Below, piece by piece: positions 63,205 to 64,000 of a stretch of DNA of 64,000 nucleotides (its first letter is position 1; every line of letters starts with the position of its first letter). Source of the DNA: Octopus sinensis (taxonomy: Eukaryota); the NCBI RefSeq assembly GCF_006345805.1, contig NC_042998.1:50840001-50904000 (forward strand), read 5' to 3'. The position numbers and the translations under genes were made by a program. The notes under the pieces were generated by a model. It had not been told where the DNA came from. It did not search any database and saw only the letters and a list, made by a program, of their open reading frames with translations.

Positions 63205-64000
63205 TTGCAGCCAAAATGTTCAGAACGGCATTGTTTTCGTCAGAAAAGTAGGTATAAGCTTTTATCAAAGTTGTTTTATATTCTATAATTTTCACAGACA
63301 ATAAATACGATATTATTTGTTATTGTCTGAGATTTTGGTGTAATTTGAGAGGATAAAACAAAAGTTATGGATGATTTAGTGATTTACTGCAAAACCCATG
63401 GCGGCCAAAATGATCAGAACGGTTGCTTTTACTCCATGTTTTAGTATATTTAACTGGCAAACTCTAATGTTTTGAATTTGTTTACATGACGGTTCGTTTA
63501 CTAAACATTAGTAAGAATATCTGCAGTGTACTTTGTTAATATAATGCCACTTACTCCGTTACCAATTCGTCAGCAGATTATTAAGCTTCGAAAGAAGGAT
63601 AATTTAAGTATTGGGTCTATTGCAAAGATTGTTAACAAGTCAAAAAGTGTTGTTCACGGTATTCTTAAGGTCTACAATGATTGTGGTTCGTGTGAAGCTA
63701 GAAAGTCTACAGGTAGGCCAAGAAAAACGACCAAGAGAGAAGAACGTGCTATGGTAAAGTTGGTTAAAAAGGACAGATTTAAAACTGCTGCTGCTGTTTC
63801 TCGGGAAATGAGCATTGTACTGAAGAAAACTTTATCTCGAAAAACTGTGTCTTGTCGTTTAGTTGAACATGACCTACAAGCAAGAGCACCTGCAGCGAAG
63901 CCACTGATCAGCTCCAAGAATAAAAAGTGTCGTCTTACCTTTGCAACTGAACATGTGTTGTGGTCTCAAGAAAAATGGCAAACGTTGCATTTCAGTGATG
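63202..64000 (+). mobile_element. Tc1-family DNA transposon, left end (truncated by window)
   Basis: Starts TA|CAGTTG after a (TA)n tract. A 22-bp motif repeats at 63207-63228 and 63401-63422 (IR/DR-type end). A transposase ORF follows. Confidence 0.9.
63544..64000 (+). CDS. Tc1 transposase, N-terminal 152 codons, open to window edge
   Basis: Reads MPLTPLPIRQQIIKLRKK..SIAKIVNKSKSVVHGIL..TGRPRKTT..RKTVSCRL..KPLIS..WQTLHFSD: paired-like HTH, GRPR motif, second HTH and first catalytic Asp. No stops or frameshifts. Confidence 0.9.
   Translation, partial: MPLTPLPIRQQIIKLRKKDNLSIGSIAKIVNKSKSVVHGILKVYNDCGSCEARKSTGRPRKTTKREERAMVKLVKKDRFKTAAAVSREMSIVLKKTLSRKTVSCRLVEHDLQARAPAAKPLISSKNKKCRLTFATEHVLWSQEKWQTLHFSD

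Overview
AT-rich, microsatellite-dense eukaryotic DNA, most likely an octopod cephalopod (inferred from the SINE, RTE-LINE and MITE families and repeat style). The only supportable host gene is a minus-strand tubulin polyglutamylase of the TTLL6/TTLL13 type. Five exons (58329-58472, 51281-51366, 32800-33025, 10345-10526, 5457-5642) splice in frame through GT-AG introns of 7.0, 18.3, 22.3 and 4.7 kb; its 5' and 3' exons were not identified. The introns hold tRNA-derived SINEs, RTE and CR1 LINE fragments, a decayed mariner, a Helitron-type element, TA- and TTAA-flanked MITEs and many fold-back hairpins. A Tc1 element with an open transposase ORF runs off the right edge. Most notable: hammerhead-ribozyme-like motifs inside small repeat-bounded elements (39553-39978 and 1-446, with relics elsewhere), a SINE array punctuated by repeated copies of one MITE target site (16606-18285), and a hairpin-unit array in an RTE 3' UTR whose period differs between copies. 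No CRISPR array, rRNA or true tRNA gene was seen. Nearly all ORFs in the supplied track are repeat artefacts. Repeat boundaries are approximate.
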